The notes under the pieces: generated by a model | Told to the model about the DNA's origin: nothing | Database searches by the model: none | What the model saw: the letters and a program-made list of their open reading frames with translations, nothing else | Translations under genes and position numbers: made by a program | Source of the DNA: an uncultured Clostridia bacterium | Lineage (GTDB): Bacteria > Acidobacteriota > Aminicenantia > UBA2199 | Assembly (NCBI GenBank): GCA_964491915.1 | Contig: CAZBHS010000030.1 | Coordinates: 653 to 64,652 of the forward strand | Length of the DNA: 64,000 nucleotides | Direction: 5' to 3' | Part shown: positions 38,526 to 47,186 of the stretch, one piece after another | How the letters are laid out: each line of letters starts with the position of its first letter | How positions within the stretch are numbered: the first letter of the stretch is position 1

Positions 38526-39104
38526 ATGTTTACCGGAATTGTGTTGACCCTTGGAACGTTGCAAGCATTGGAAAAAAAAGAATCCCCGGTATTGCGGATT
38601 TCCGCTCAATTGCCCGGGGAATTGAAAATAGGAGATTCTGTGGCGGTGAACGGCTCTTGCTTGACCATTATTGAAATGACCGGGACAGAATTCAGCTTTA
38701 ACTTGAGCCGGGAAACCTTGAAATTGTCGAATTTTCTGGATCTCTCCCGGGGAAGTCTCTTGAATCTCGAACTACCCCTCGCATTGCGAGATTTCCTGGG
38801 TGGCCATCTGGTGAGCGGCCATCTGGATGGTGTGGTGCGGGTGAAGTCGATCCAGAAGCGGGCGGGAAGCACGACGTTTTCGTTTATGTTCAACAAGTCC
38901 GACTGGAGAAAATTTCTCATCCCTAAAGGCTCGGTGACTTTGAACGGGGTCAGTCTGACTCTTTCGGAGGTGGCAAGCTCGTTTTTTTCCGTTGAGGTGA
39001 TTCCCCATACCCTCGATGCCACAAATCTCAAGTACTTCAAGGTTGGGGACCGGGTGAATCTCGAACTTGATTTAATCGGAAAATATTTATATAATTTCAA
39101 ATGA
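38526..39104 (+). CDS. ribE: Riboflavin synthase
   Basis: The start was set at MFTGIV..., the canonical N-terminus, 1 nt after the ribD stop. It has the two lumazine-binding repeats. Confidence 0.9.
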   Translation: MFTGIVLTLGTLQALEKKESPVLRISAQLPGELKIGDSVAVNGSCLTIIEMTGTEFSFNLSRETLKLSNFLDLSRGSLLNLELPLALRDFLGGHLVSGHLDGVVRVKSIQKRAGSTTFSFMFNKSDWRKFLIPKGSVTLNGVSLTLSEVASSFFSVEVIPHTLDATNLKYFKVGDRVNLELDLIGKYLYNFK

Positions 39105-39129
39105 TAAAAGGAAGAATAAGAGAGAAGCT

Positions 39130-40344
39130 ATGAAAAATTCAAATATCATATCAGTACCAGAAGCAGTTGAATATTTAAGAAAAGGTCGTATGATTATCAT
39201 TGTTGACGATGAAGATCGAGAGAATGAAGGCGACCTGACGATCGTGTCTGAAATGGTCACTCCGGAAATCATTAACTTTATGGCCACTCACGCCCGCGGT
39301 TTAATTTGTGTGTCGCTTACGGAAGAGCGTAGCGCGGAGTTGAATCTTCCTCTGATGGTCAATGACAATACGTCGCAATTCGAGACGCCATTCACTGTTT
39401 CGGTGGATGCCAAAAAGAACACCACCACCGGGATATCCGCGTTTGACCGGGCCGAAACCATCAAGTGCTTGATCAATCCTGAAAGTAAACCTGAGGATCT
39501 GGCCAAACCCGGTCACATTTTCCCGTTGCGGGCAAAAAACGGTGGCGTATTGGTACGCGCCGGTCAAACCGAAGCCTCTCTTGATCTAGCTAGAATCGCA
39601 GGCTTGAATCCATCCGGCGTTATTTGCGAGATCATGAAGGACGACGGTACTATGGCCCGCATGCCGGACCTTGAGAAATTCTCCAAAAAACACGACATCC
39701 CCATCATCACGATTGAAGAGATCATCAAGTATCGAGTTCAGGAAGAGTTGCTGGTAGAACAGGTCTCCGAAGCAAACCTTCCGACAAAATACGGAGAGTT
39801 CATTATCAAAGGATTCATTGACTCGATTCAGAACGAAACCCACATCGCATTGGTTCAGGGGGAGGTGAACACCGATGAGCCGGTGCTGGTGCGCGTGCAT
39901 TCTCAATGCCTGACCGGCGATACATTCGGCTCGCTGAAGTGCGACTGCGGCACCCAATTGCAGAAAGCGCTGGAGATCATCAATGACGAAGGCCGCGGCG
40001 TGGTGCTGTATCTCACCAACCAGGAAGGACGGGGAATCGGGCTATTGGAGAAGATCAAGGCTTACAAACTCCAGGAGCATGGCATGGATACAGTGGAAGC
40101 CAATCTGAAACTTGGATTTCAGGCTGACCAGAGGGATTATGGTATCGGCGCCCAGATCTTGAGACGATTGGGGATCAAAAAAATGAGGCTGATGACCAAT
40201 AATCCGGCGAAGTATATTGCCCTGTCCGGCTATGGGCTGGAAATCACCGAACGCATGCCTGTGGAAGTGGAACCCAACAAAATTAATGTCGCGTACATGC
40301 GCACAAAAAAAGAGAAGATGGGCCACATTCTTAAAAAGCTCTAA
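39130..40344 (+). CDS. ribBA: Bifunctional 3,4-dihydroxy-2-butanone-4-phosphate synthase / GTP cyclohydrolase II
   Basis: 404 aa. The DHBP synthase motif is [12 protein letters not shown], and the GCH-II zinc motif is [15 protein letters not shown]. Confidence 0.95.
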   Translation: MKNSNIISVPEAVEYLRKGRMIIIVDDEDRENEGDLTIVSEMVTPEIINFMATHARGLICVSLTEERSAELNLPLMVNDNTSQFETPFTVSVDAKKNTTTGISAFDRAETIKCLINPESKPEDLAKPGHIFPLRAKNGGVLVRAGQTEASLDLARIAGLNPSGVICEIMKDDGTMARMPDLEKFSKKHDIPIITIEEIIKYRVQEELLVEQVSEANLPTKYGEFIIKGFIDSIQNETHIALVQGEVNTDEPVLVRVHSQCLTGDTFGSLKCDCGTQLQKALEIINDEGRGVVLYLTNQEGRGIGLLEKIKAYKLQEHGMDTVEANLKLGFQADQRDYGIGAQILRRLGIKKMRLMTNNPAKYIALSGYGLEITERMPVEVEPNKINVAYMRTKKEKMGHILKKL

Positions 40345-41084
40345 TGAAACAGGATATGGATTCTTTTTTGGGCCTGAGCGCTTCAGGTCAGATCAAGTAT
40401 CTAAAGCACGGTGATTTTACGGAGTTGCCGGCTTTAGAGCGGATAGATTTCCTCAAGAGGATTTTAATCGTTGAATTGTCGTCCAAAACCATTGCCTCGG
40501 GATTGAAGATTTTACGGGAATTGAAGTGCCGGGACCGGTCGTTTTATACAAAGTTCCTCTACCATTCCGACAGTTCAGTGGCCAATGCCGCCCGTAAAGC
40601 GGTTGGGGAAAGCTCGGGAAACAAGGATTCCGGCGCAGTGCGATTGGTGGACTTGGTGAAAAACGAGGACGCCGGAGAACGGCTGGATATGGTCAGATCG
40701 GTGCTTGAGAAGAAAGAGACCGTGAGCGTGTCTATTCTTGTTTCATTGTTGTCCATTGACGATTTCGCACTCCGGGATTTTATAGTCGAGCACATCGGCC
40801 CGGAGCACCAACTCGACGAAACGGCCTTGTCTGAGTCGATCAAGCATTCAGTCTGGTATGTCCGGGCATCGCTAATAGAAATTTTAGGGAAACTGAAAAG
40901 CGAGCACATCTACAATATAGCCGAAGTTCTTCTTAACGACAAGAATGTTGAAGTAAAGCTTAAATTCATCCAGGCCCTGGCCGGACTTGACCGGGACCGA
41001 TCGCGCCCCTTTTTATTGAAATTGAAAGACGATCCCAACCATCAGGTGAAAAAAGAGGCGGATAGAACATTGGCAACTATATGA
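40344..41084 (+). CDS. HEAT/PBS-lyase-like repeat protein
   Basis: 246 aa, all-helical, with repeats such as VWYVRASLIEILGKL and NVEVKLKFIQALAGL. Its start overlaps the ribBA stop (TAATG). Confidence 0.55.
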   Translation: MKQDMDSFLGLSASGQIKYLKHGDFTELPALERIDFLKRILIVELSSKTIASGLKILRELKCRDRSFYTKFLYHSDSSVANAARKAVGESSGNKDSGAVRLVDLVKNEDAGERLDMVRSVLEKKETVSVSILVSLLSIDDFALRDFIVEHIGPEHQLDETALSESIKHSVWYVRASLIEILGKLKSEHIYNIAEVLLNDKNVEVKLKFIQALAGLDRDRSRPFLLKLKDDPNHQVKKEADRTLATI

Positions 41085-41166
41085 GCTGATGCGCCGGAGC
41101 CTAATAGAAGGCCCGGCGTCGGTTTTTTTAAATAAAACAACACCTGAGCCGTGGTTGCAGGAGGCT

Positions 41167-41838
41167 ATGATGAGTAGCGGTGAAACTCACGAAAATCAAG
41201 ACTTTTCCTGGATGTTGAGGGGTGTCAGTCATTGTTGTCAATCGACTGTCAGGATTGAGCGGGAGCGCGTTATCTATGTCGATCCCTTCCGGATTGACGG
41301 CAATCCCGCAGACGCGGACATTATCTTTTGCACCCATGAACATTTTGACCATTTGTCGGAGAAAGATATCGAACGGATCATGAAAGAGGATACCATTCTG
41401 GTGGTTCCCAAAAAGGCGGCGAAAAAATTCAAAAAATTTCCGCTGGCAAAAGTGATCGGTGTTTCCCCCTTTGAAGAATACAATCTAGAGGGCATTTCTT
41501 TTAAGACAGTTCCAGCCTACAATATCAAGAAATGGTTCCATCCCAAACGGAAAAAATGGGTCGGTTACATTATCCAACTGGATGGCGCCGGTTACTATTT
41601 TGCCGGCGATACCGACCATATCCCTGAAATGGCGGATATCGAAGCCGATGTCGCGTTCCTTCCGGTTGGCGGAAAATACACGATGGACGCGTTGGAGGCG
41701 GCCGAAGCCGCCAACATGATGCGCCCTAAAGTGGCGATCCCTATCCATTTCGCCGATGTGGTGGGCACCCCGGAGGATGCCCAAACCTTCGTTCAAAATT
41801 TGAACGCCCCCATCGAGGGCGTCATTCTCAAGAGTTGA
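41167..41838 (+). CDS. MBL-fold metallo-hydrolase
   Basis: It has the HxHxDH motif (CTHEHFDH) and downstream His/Asp ligands (FAGDTDH, IPIHF). The start is uncertain: ATGs at 41167/41170 follow AGGAGG, while the ORF-track start is 41089. Confidence 0.72.
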   Translation: MMSSGETHENQDFSWMLRGVSHCCQSTVRIERERVIYVDPFRIDGNPADADIIFCTHEHFDHLSEKDIERIMKEDTILVVPKKAAKKFKKFPLAKVIGVSPFEEYNLEGISFKTVPAYNIKKWFHPKRKKWVGYIIQLDGAGYYFAGDTDHIPEMADIEADVAFLPVGGKYTMDALEAAEAANMMRPKVAIPIHFADVVGTPEDAQTFVQNLNAPIEGVILKS

Positions 41839-41873
41839 GTTATAATGTTGACCATTGGATTAGACATTAGAAT

Positions 41874-42800
41874 TTGGATTATCAAAATATTGTTTTGTTT
41901 TTGAATCGCCGCTGCACGGTGGGGTGTCCGTCATGCAATGTACTGGCTGAGGCGGACCGGTCGCTGGAATTGTCTTCCGACTGGTTGGCAGATTTTTTCG
42001 GGAGGGTGGGGGACCTGGATTTTGCCGGGTATGTCACCTGGACCGGCGGCGAACCGTTTCTTTCGTTTGACAGTTTGAAGAGTGGGCTGTTGGAAGCCTG
42101 CGATAAGGGCTTCCGGTCTGAAATATTGACCAGTGGAATCTGGTTCCGGGATGAGCCGGGGCTTTTGGAGGAGATTGCCGGCATCGAGGGAGTGTCGCTT
42201 CGTGTCAGTGTGGACGCTGAGCATCAGCGGAGCGTCGCTGTGGGGGAGTTGATCCGGTTGATCGCGAGGGCGGATGAGCTGAATCTCGAAGTCAACCTCA
42301 CTTTGAGGGAGATACCTGAAGATCCCCTGGCGGTGAAGCGGACGATGGCGGCGATTGAAGACGCGCTGCCTGAGTTTGTGGAAAAAAATCGCGGCCAATC
42401 AAGATTTTGTCATCGCATTCCCCATATGCCGGTGCGAGATCCCCGCCTTCCATCACCACCTTCCCCGGGGGAAACATCAACTGGAAAGAAGTGGAAGAAA
42501 CCCTGCACTCTGGCGTTCCGTGATTTGGTGATCGGCGAGGACGGAATCGTGTATCCCTGTTGCGGAGTGATCGGTCTCGAGGCGCGATCGCGTTTTGCCC
42601 TTGGCGATCCGTTGCGATTATCCTGGAAGGAGTTGCTGCGCCTCAGGGACGAGCATCCACTCCTCAAAGATCTGCGGCGGGAGGGGCCTTTTCAGATAGC
42701 GATCGACAATGGTCTCGAACCGCAACAATGGCATCTCCCGTTCAAAACTCCATGCCACCTGTGCCTTGTTTTGTTTACCTATTTTCCTGATATAATTTGA
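41874..42800 (+). CDS. Radical SAM protein with C-terminal SPASM/twitch-like cysteine motifs
   Basis: 308 aa from a TTG start. The CX3CX2C motif is CTVGCPSC and the SAM-binding motif is WTGGEPF. The C-terminus has CTLAFRDLVIGEDGIVYPCC (Cx12Gx4C pattern) and CHLC. Confidence 0.7.
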   Translation: MDYQNIVLFLNRRCTVGCPSCNVLAEADRSLELSSDWLADFFGRVGDLDFAGYVTWTGGEPFLSFDSLKSGLLEACDKGFRSEILTSGIWFRDEPGLLEEIAGIEGVSLRVSVDAEHQRSVAVGELIRLIARADELNLEVNLTLREIPEDPLAVKRTMAAIEDALPEFVEKNRGQSRFCHRIPHMPVRDPRLPSPPSPGETSTGKKWKKPCTLAFRDLVIGEDGIVYPCCGVIGLEARSRFALGDPLRLSWKELLRLRDEHPLLKDLRREGPFQIAIDNGLEPQQWHLPFKTPCHLCLVLFTYFPDII

Positions 42801-42813
42801 AGTGGAGGATGTG

Positions 42814-43596
42814 ATGATGAAGAATGTTTGCTCGATTGTGTTTGCCATACTGATGATGATGTCGTGCCGGCCCGCCGAAGCCGGTTCGCTTGTAATACTC
42901 AATGGCGGAAGCGTCGAATCGCGCTTCGTTGTGCCCGAAGGATTTGTGCGGGTCGCGGCGAAGGAAGATTCGTTCGCCGCCTACTTGCGCCGACTGCCTC
43001 TCGAGGCCGACGGCGCGCCGGTTCTGTATTATGACGGTAGAATCAAGCCCAGGGACGTGCACGCCGCGGTTATCGCCATGGACACCGGCACACGGGACTT
43101 GCAACAATGCGCCGACGCGGTGATGCGGTTGCGGGGCGAATTTTTGTTCGGTCAAAAACACTTCGCCGATATTCACTTCAATTTTGTCGGCGACGGAAAA
43201 CCGCGCTATTACAAAGACCACGCCGATTCCACCCATTCCTACAAAAGCTTCCGCAAATACATGAATTATATCTTCGCCTACGCCAATACCGCTTCCCTGA
43301 AAGCCGAACTGAAGCCGGTGGACTTCGACCACATGAAAATCGGCGACGTGTTCATCCAATCGGGCAATCCCTACGGCCACGCAGTCATCGTCGTTGACAT
43401 GGCCCGCAACCCCGGCACCGGCGCCTTCATATTCCTCCTGGCCCAAAGCTACATGCCTGCCCAAAAGATCCACATCTTACAAAACCCCAACCATCACCGC
43501 CTCACCCCCTGGTACATCTCCACCTTCACAGGCCCCCTCGACACCCCCGAATGGACCTTCCAAAAGACCGACCTCCGCCGCTTCCCTGAAGAATGA
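42814..43596 (+). CDS. Secreted protein of unknown function (DUF4846-like by recollection)
   Basis: ~260 aa with signal peptide MMKNVCSIVFAILMMMSCRPAEA and RBS GGAGGA. The conserved-looking block is GDVFIQSGNPYGHAVIVVDMA. The family name was not verified. Confidence 0.5.
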   Translation: MMKNVCSIVFAILMMMSCRPAEAGSLVILNGGSVESRFVVPEGFVRVAAKEDSFAAYLRRLPLEADGAPVLYYDGRIKPRDVHAAVIAMDTGTRDLQQCADAVMRLRGEFLFGQKHFADIHFNFVGDGKPRYYKDHADSTHSYKSFRKYMNYIFAYANTASLKAELKPVDFDHMKIGDVFIQSGNPYGHAVIVVDMARNPGTGAFIFLLAQSYMPAQKIHILQNPNHHRLTPWYISTFTGPLDTPEWTFQKTDLRRFPEE

Positions 43597-44423
43597 TCGA
43601 AGCTGAATTCGTTTGGCGGCTGGTGGTGTCTGTGTTGGTGGGGGGAGGTGTGATTGCGGCGCAATCGGTGGCGGCTGAGAGATATCCTGAATTCGGCGGT
43701 TTTATCGTCTCCATCCCCACCACATTACCCATGGGACTCTTCTTTATCGGTTGGACCCAGGGAACCGCAGCCGCCATCGAGTCGGCGTCGGTGGTCCCCA
43801 TCTCCCTGGCCAACTGCCTGCTCTTCGCCGCTCTATTCATCTCCGCCGCCCAATGGTCCGGGAGCCGCAAGATGAGAATGATCGCCCCCAACGTATTATC
43901 ACTGGCTGTTTGGTTTATCTTCTCCATCGCCATCATCCGCTTTGCAATAACAGCCCCGATTCCCGGCATCATCGCCTACATCATGGCATTCGTCATCGCC
44001 CACTACGTTCTCTCAAAAAGGGGCAGGCGCCAAAAATTCTCCAATCAAGAGACATCCCATCGTGGAAGCAACCACTCTTCCAATTGGAAACTGATACTCA
44101 TCCGGGCCTGCGCCGGCGGAACAGTCATCGGTACGGCGGTCTTGTTGGCCAAAATCCTGAATCCCCTGTGGGGAGGAATTTTCTCCGTTTTCCCCGCCTC
44201 CTTCATCTCCATCTTCAACATCATCCTCCTGACCCGCGGCCCCCGACTCCTCATCCCCATCGGCGCCACTCTCCCGCAAGGCTCCATCTTCTTCATCCTC
44301 TACATCCTCCTGGCCCACGCCCTCTTCCCCCTCGGCATCCTCCCCGGAACCCTCCTCTCCGAAGCCCTCATCCTATTCTTCATCTATCTAACCATTCTTC
44401 GGAAGAAAAAAAAACACCATTAA
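43593..44423 (+). CDS. Integral membrane protein with internal duplication (two DUF3147-like halves)
   Basis: 276 aa, ~8 TM. The two halves align: RLVVSVLVGGGVIAAQSVAAERYPEFGGFIVSIPTT against LILIRACAGGTVIGTAVLLAKILNPLWGGIFSVFPAS. Its start overlaps the upstream stop (ATGA). Confidence 0.65.
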   Translation: MIEAEFVWRLVVSVLVGGGVIAAQSVAAERYPEFGGFIVSIPTTLPMGLFFIGWTQGTAAAIESASVVPISLANCLLFAALFISAAQWSGSRKMRMIAPNVLSLAVWFIFSIAIIRFAITAPIPGIIAYIMAFVIAHYVLSKRGRRQKFSNQETSHRGSNHSSNWKLILIRACAGGTVIGTAVLLAKILNPLWGGIFSVFPASFISIFNIILLTRGPRLLIPIGATLPQGSIFFILYILLAHALFPLGILPGTLLSEALILFFIYLTILRKKKKHH

Positions 44424-44444
44424 GAAAATTTGAGCGGATTTCTT

Positions 44445-44473
44445 TTGAAAAGTTTTCTCTGAGGGATTATAAT
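44445..44473 (+). promoter_or_regulatory. Sigma70 promoter (near consensus) for the HD/KaiC-like operon
   Basis: TTGAAA-17 nt-TATAAT, followed by RBS GAGGTGA and the ATG at 44499. Confidence 0.6.
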
Positions 44474-44498
44474 TGATATTGTAGATTCGAGGTGAATC

Positions 44499-47186
44499 AT
44501 GATACAAGTTCTCGAGGGAAAACTTCTCGACAAATTAAAGTCCAACGACGATCACGAAGCAAAGAAACTGTATGACAGTCTGATAACCGTTTGCAAGGTG
44601 GTGGAACCGTATATTGATGCGCTTCCCCACTCAAAAGGAAGTCTGACCGGGATCAATCATACCCGGGGCGTCCTACACGAGGTGGAAAATCTGATTTCCG
44701 GCAGCGATTATCTAAACTTGAGCGCGGCTGAGATTTATATCCTTTTGGTTGCGATTTTGATCCATGACATCGGCAAACTGGATGAAGAGGATACTAAAGA
44801 TGAAGAGAAGAATCTTAAAAATAAGCTGAATGAAAAATTTAAGAATTATAAAGAGTTCGTGAGCGAGGCATTGGGGGGGGAATTCTCAACGGCGCAGGTA
44901 GAAAAATTGAGAGTGAAGCCTCATCCCTTGATAAGCGCTTTTAGATTGTTGGATAATCCGCCAAAGTATGGGCTCTTCGACAAAGAGCTTGCCCGTCTAG
45001 TGGCGATTATCGCTCTTAGCCATTGTGACGGCTTTAAATCAAAAGATGCGGAAGAATGTGTCGGCCAATTGACCGAAGACAAGTATCTCGCCCACTATGG
45101 AAAGATTCGGGCTGGCTGGTTATGTGCATTGTTGGTTATTGGAGATGAACTGGATACATCCTATCATAGGGCTCTTCCGGATGATTATGCTTCACGTGGA
45201 TCAGGTGAGGATACAAACGCCAATCTTTCCAAGGGAGAGTTGCGTTCAAATATCGGAGGCTGCAAAACAGATTTTGTCGGACGTTGCATTCGTTTCTACC
45301 CAATCGGGAATCTGAAACGTTTTTCTGTGGAGTCTGATTTAAAAGACGGTTTGTATCAAAAAATTGCTGGCGATGTGAACGGAAAAAATGGCCTATTGAA
45401 AAGTTGGCAAACCGAATTGAAACAAATGCAAATTGATATCCAGGCTTGCCTGATGGAAGTTGAAGGACATTTATTTAAGGTGGTCAAACGAAAGAGCGGG
45501 GATGAAGGGGATCTTAATTCTTCTGGGGCGAGTGTAAATTCGGGTAGCCACGAAGGCTTATATTCTTATTATCCAGCGATGGAACCGATTGTCAAGAAAT
45601 TTAAAGTGAGACGTGTGGTTGAGGCTATGTTCAAACTCAAATATGGTGTTTTTAAAAAGAGTTATTTTTCCTGGGAAATGCTTCAGAGCGAGAGCGGATT
45701 TGAAAACCAGGAGGAGTTGAAGCTGATTGTACATAGAATTAGTCGATTGGCCAGGTTGTTTTCAGAACCACAGAAGCATGAGTTTATATGCCCGGATAAA
45801 AACATTCTGGACTCAATAAAAGTCCCCTTCCGACTTACTATCCAGGCGTTAGATACGGAGTGGACGATTGAAGCTGGAGTAAACCCAAAACGCCTGGACG
45901 ATTCGTTCGATTATTCCGCGATCAGTTCATGGTTTCTATTTTTCATAGAATTCATTGATAGGGAATGGGGTTTAAATGCTTTTTGGACAAAAACTGGAGA
46001 AATCGCGGAAAAATGGGCGGGAGAATTAGGCCCTTCCCTGGTTGAACATAAAGCTGAGACTGCCGGCATAACGGTTGAGAAATTTTTTATACATCCAGGG
46101 AACGAACAGCTTAGCTATTTATTGGATGAAGTCACTCCATGCGGCGGGATCACGCCGCGTGGGATCGAATTTCCAAAATTGGATTCTTTCTATATAAATT
46201 TGAAAGATGAAAAAAATCCCGAAAGTGAGGTTGTCTTCTATCCGCGATTACTAGGAATGAACCTTGTCATCGCAGGGCCTCCGGGGATCGGGAAATCAAC
46301 GTTGGCTCTTGATATTATTTCCAACCTTTCTATGCGAGGCTGCGAAGGAGTGTGTGGAATGAATGCCGGCAGTAATTCCAAAATTGAGACGTGCAAGCGG
46401 GTGATTGCCAATACAGGCGCCGTGGCATATTTTAGCCTTGAACAGCCGATATTTACCATCAAGAATTTGGCGTTACAATTAGGGTATACTGATTCTGCTT
46501 CAAGTAATTCTTTAGAGAAGAAATACCAAATAACGAATGCAGGTTCGCCCCATCCCGAGTATTTCGAAGATTCAATTTCCAATGAGAGTTTCAAGTCCAT
46601 TGTCCAGATATTGGAGTCTAAATCACTCCGTTCTGACGAGGCTAATGGGGATAACCGAGATGACGATGGCGAGGGGGAATACGAATCTCTATTTCGGGAA
46701 AATGATGATTGCAGATTATTGCTGCTGCCTCGGTTGTCCCCCCGCTTTGTGGGCGAGCAGACGGCGGTCAACGAGCGGAAGCTTTTTTGGCAACGGTTCA
46801 AGCAGATTTCCCGGTTGATTGAGTCCTCTGTCTCTGTGACAAAAGGCGATCCTTTTAATAAAAAACGCCTCCATGCGGTGGTGATCGATAACATCAATTC
46901 TTTTTTGAACGAACCGATGGCTCGTGAGTATATATTTAAACTCTTCCGGCTCATTTCATCCAGCGGGCTCCTGGGTATTTATATTCTGGAAGATCCGGGG
47001 GAAATACGAGGTGAGAAAAACAAAGAGGTGGAAGAGGTTCAGTTCCTTTCGGATATCTGGATTGAATTGGGTTGGGCTGAGAAGATGGATTACAAAATGA
47101 AGATGTTTGAGGTAAAAAAGTCTCGGTACCAACGGCATGTATTTGGCTCACACCCCTTTAAAATTAGGTTTCAGGAGAATATATAA
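44499..47186 (+). CDS. HD-domain protein fused to a C-terminal KaiC/RecA-like P-loop ATPase domain
   Basis: 895 aa. The HD-superfamily signature is H54 (INHTRG), H89-D90 (LIHDIGKL), H175 (LSHCDG) and D216 (IGDELD). Walker A is GPPGIGKST (aa 593-601). The Walker B-like motif is LHAVVIDNINSF. The KaiC-family terminal motif is FEVKKSRYQRHVFGSHPFKI. Confidence 0.8.
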   Translation: MIQVLEGKLLDKLKSNDDHEAKKLYDSLITVCKVVEPYIDALPHSKGSLTGINHTRGVLHEVENLISGSDYLNLSAAEIYILLVAILIHDIGKLDEEDTKDEEKNLKNKLNEKFKNYKEFVSEALGGEFSTAQVEKLRVKPHPLISAFRLLDNPPKYGLFDKELARLVAIIALSHCDGFKSKDAEECVGQLTEDKYLAHYGKIRAGWLCALLVIGDELDTSYHRALPDDYASRGSGEDTNANLSKGELRSNIGGCKTDFVGRCIRFYPIGNLKRFSVESDLKDGLYQKIAGDVNGKNGLLKSWQTELKQMQIDIQACLMEVEGHLFKVVKRKSGDEGDLNSSGASVNSGSHEGLYSYYPAMEPIVKKFKVRRVVEAMFKLKYGVFKKSYFSWEMLQSESGFENQEELKLIVHRISRLARLFSEPQKHEFICPDKNILDSIKVPFRLTIQALDTEWTIEAGVNPKRLDDSFDYSAISSWFLFFIEFIDREWGLNAFWTKTGEIAEKWAGELGPSLVEHKAETAGITVEKFFIHPGNEQLSYLLDEVTPCGGITPRGIEFPKLDSFYINLKDEKNPESEVVFYPRLLGMNLVIAGPPGIGKSTLALDIISNLSMRGCEGVCGMNAGSNSKIETCKRVIANTGAVAYFSLEQPIFTIKNLALQLGYTDSASSNSLEKKYQITNAGSPHPEYFEDSISNESFKSIVQILESKSLRSDEANGDNRDDDGEGEYESLFRENDDCRLLLLPRLSPRFVGEQTAVNERKLFWQRFKQISRLIESSVSVTKGDPFNKKRLHAVVIDNINSFLNEPMAREYIFKLFRLISSSGLLGIYILEDPGEIRGEKNKEVEEVQFLSDIWIELGWAEKMDYKMKMFEVKKSRYQRHVFGSHPFKIRFQENI

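Noticed and set aside
46238-46954. 238-aa antisense ORF within the HD/KaiC-like gene, unusual because this region is AT-rich.
   Set aside because: It is Ser/Arg-rich without motifs or an RBS. The sense frame contains the Walker A and KaiC-type motifs across the same span.
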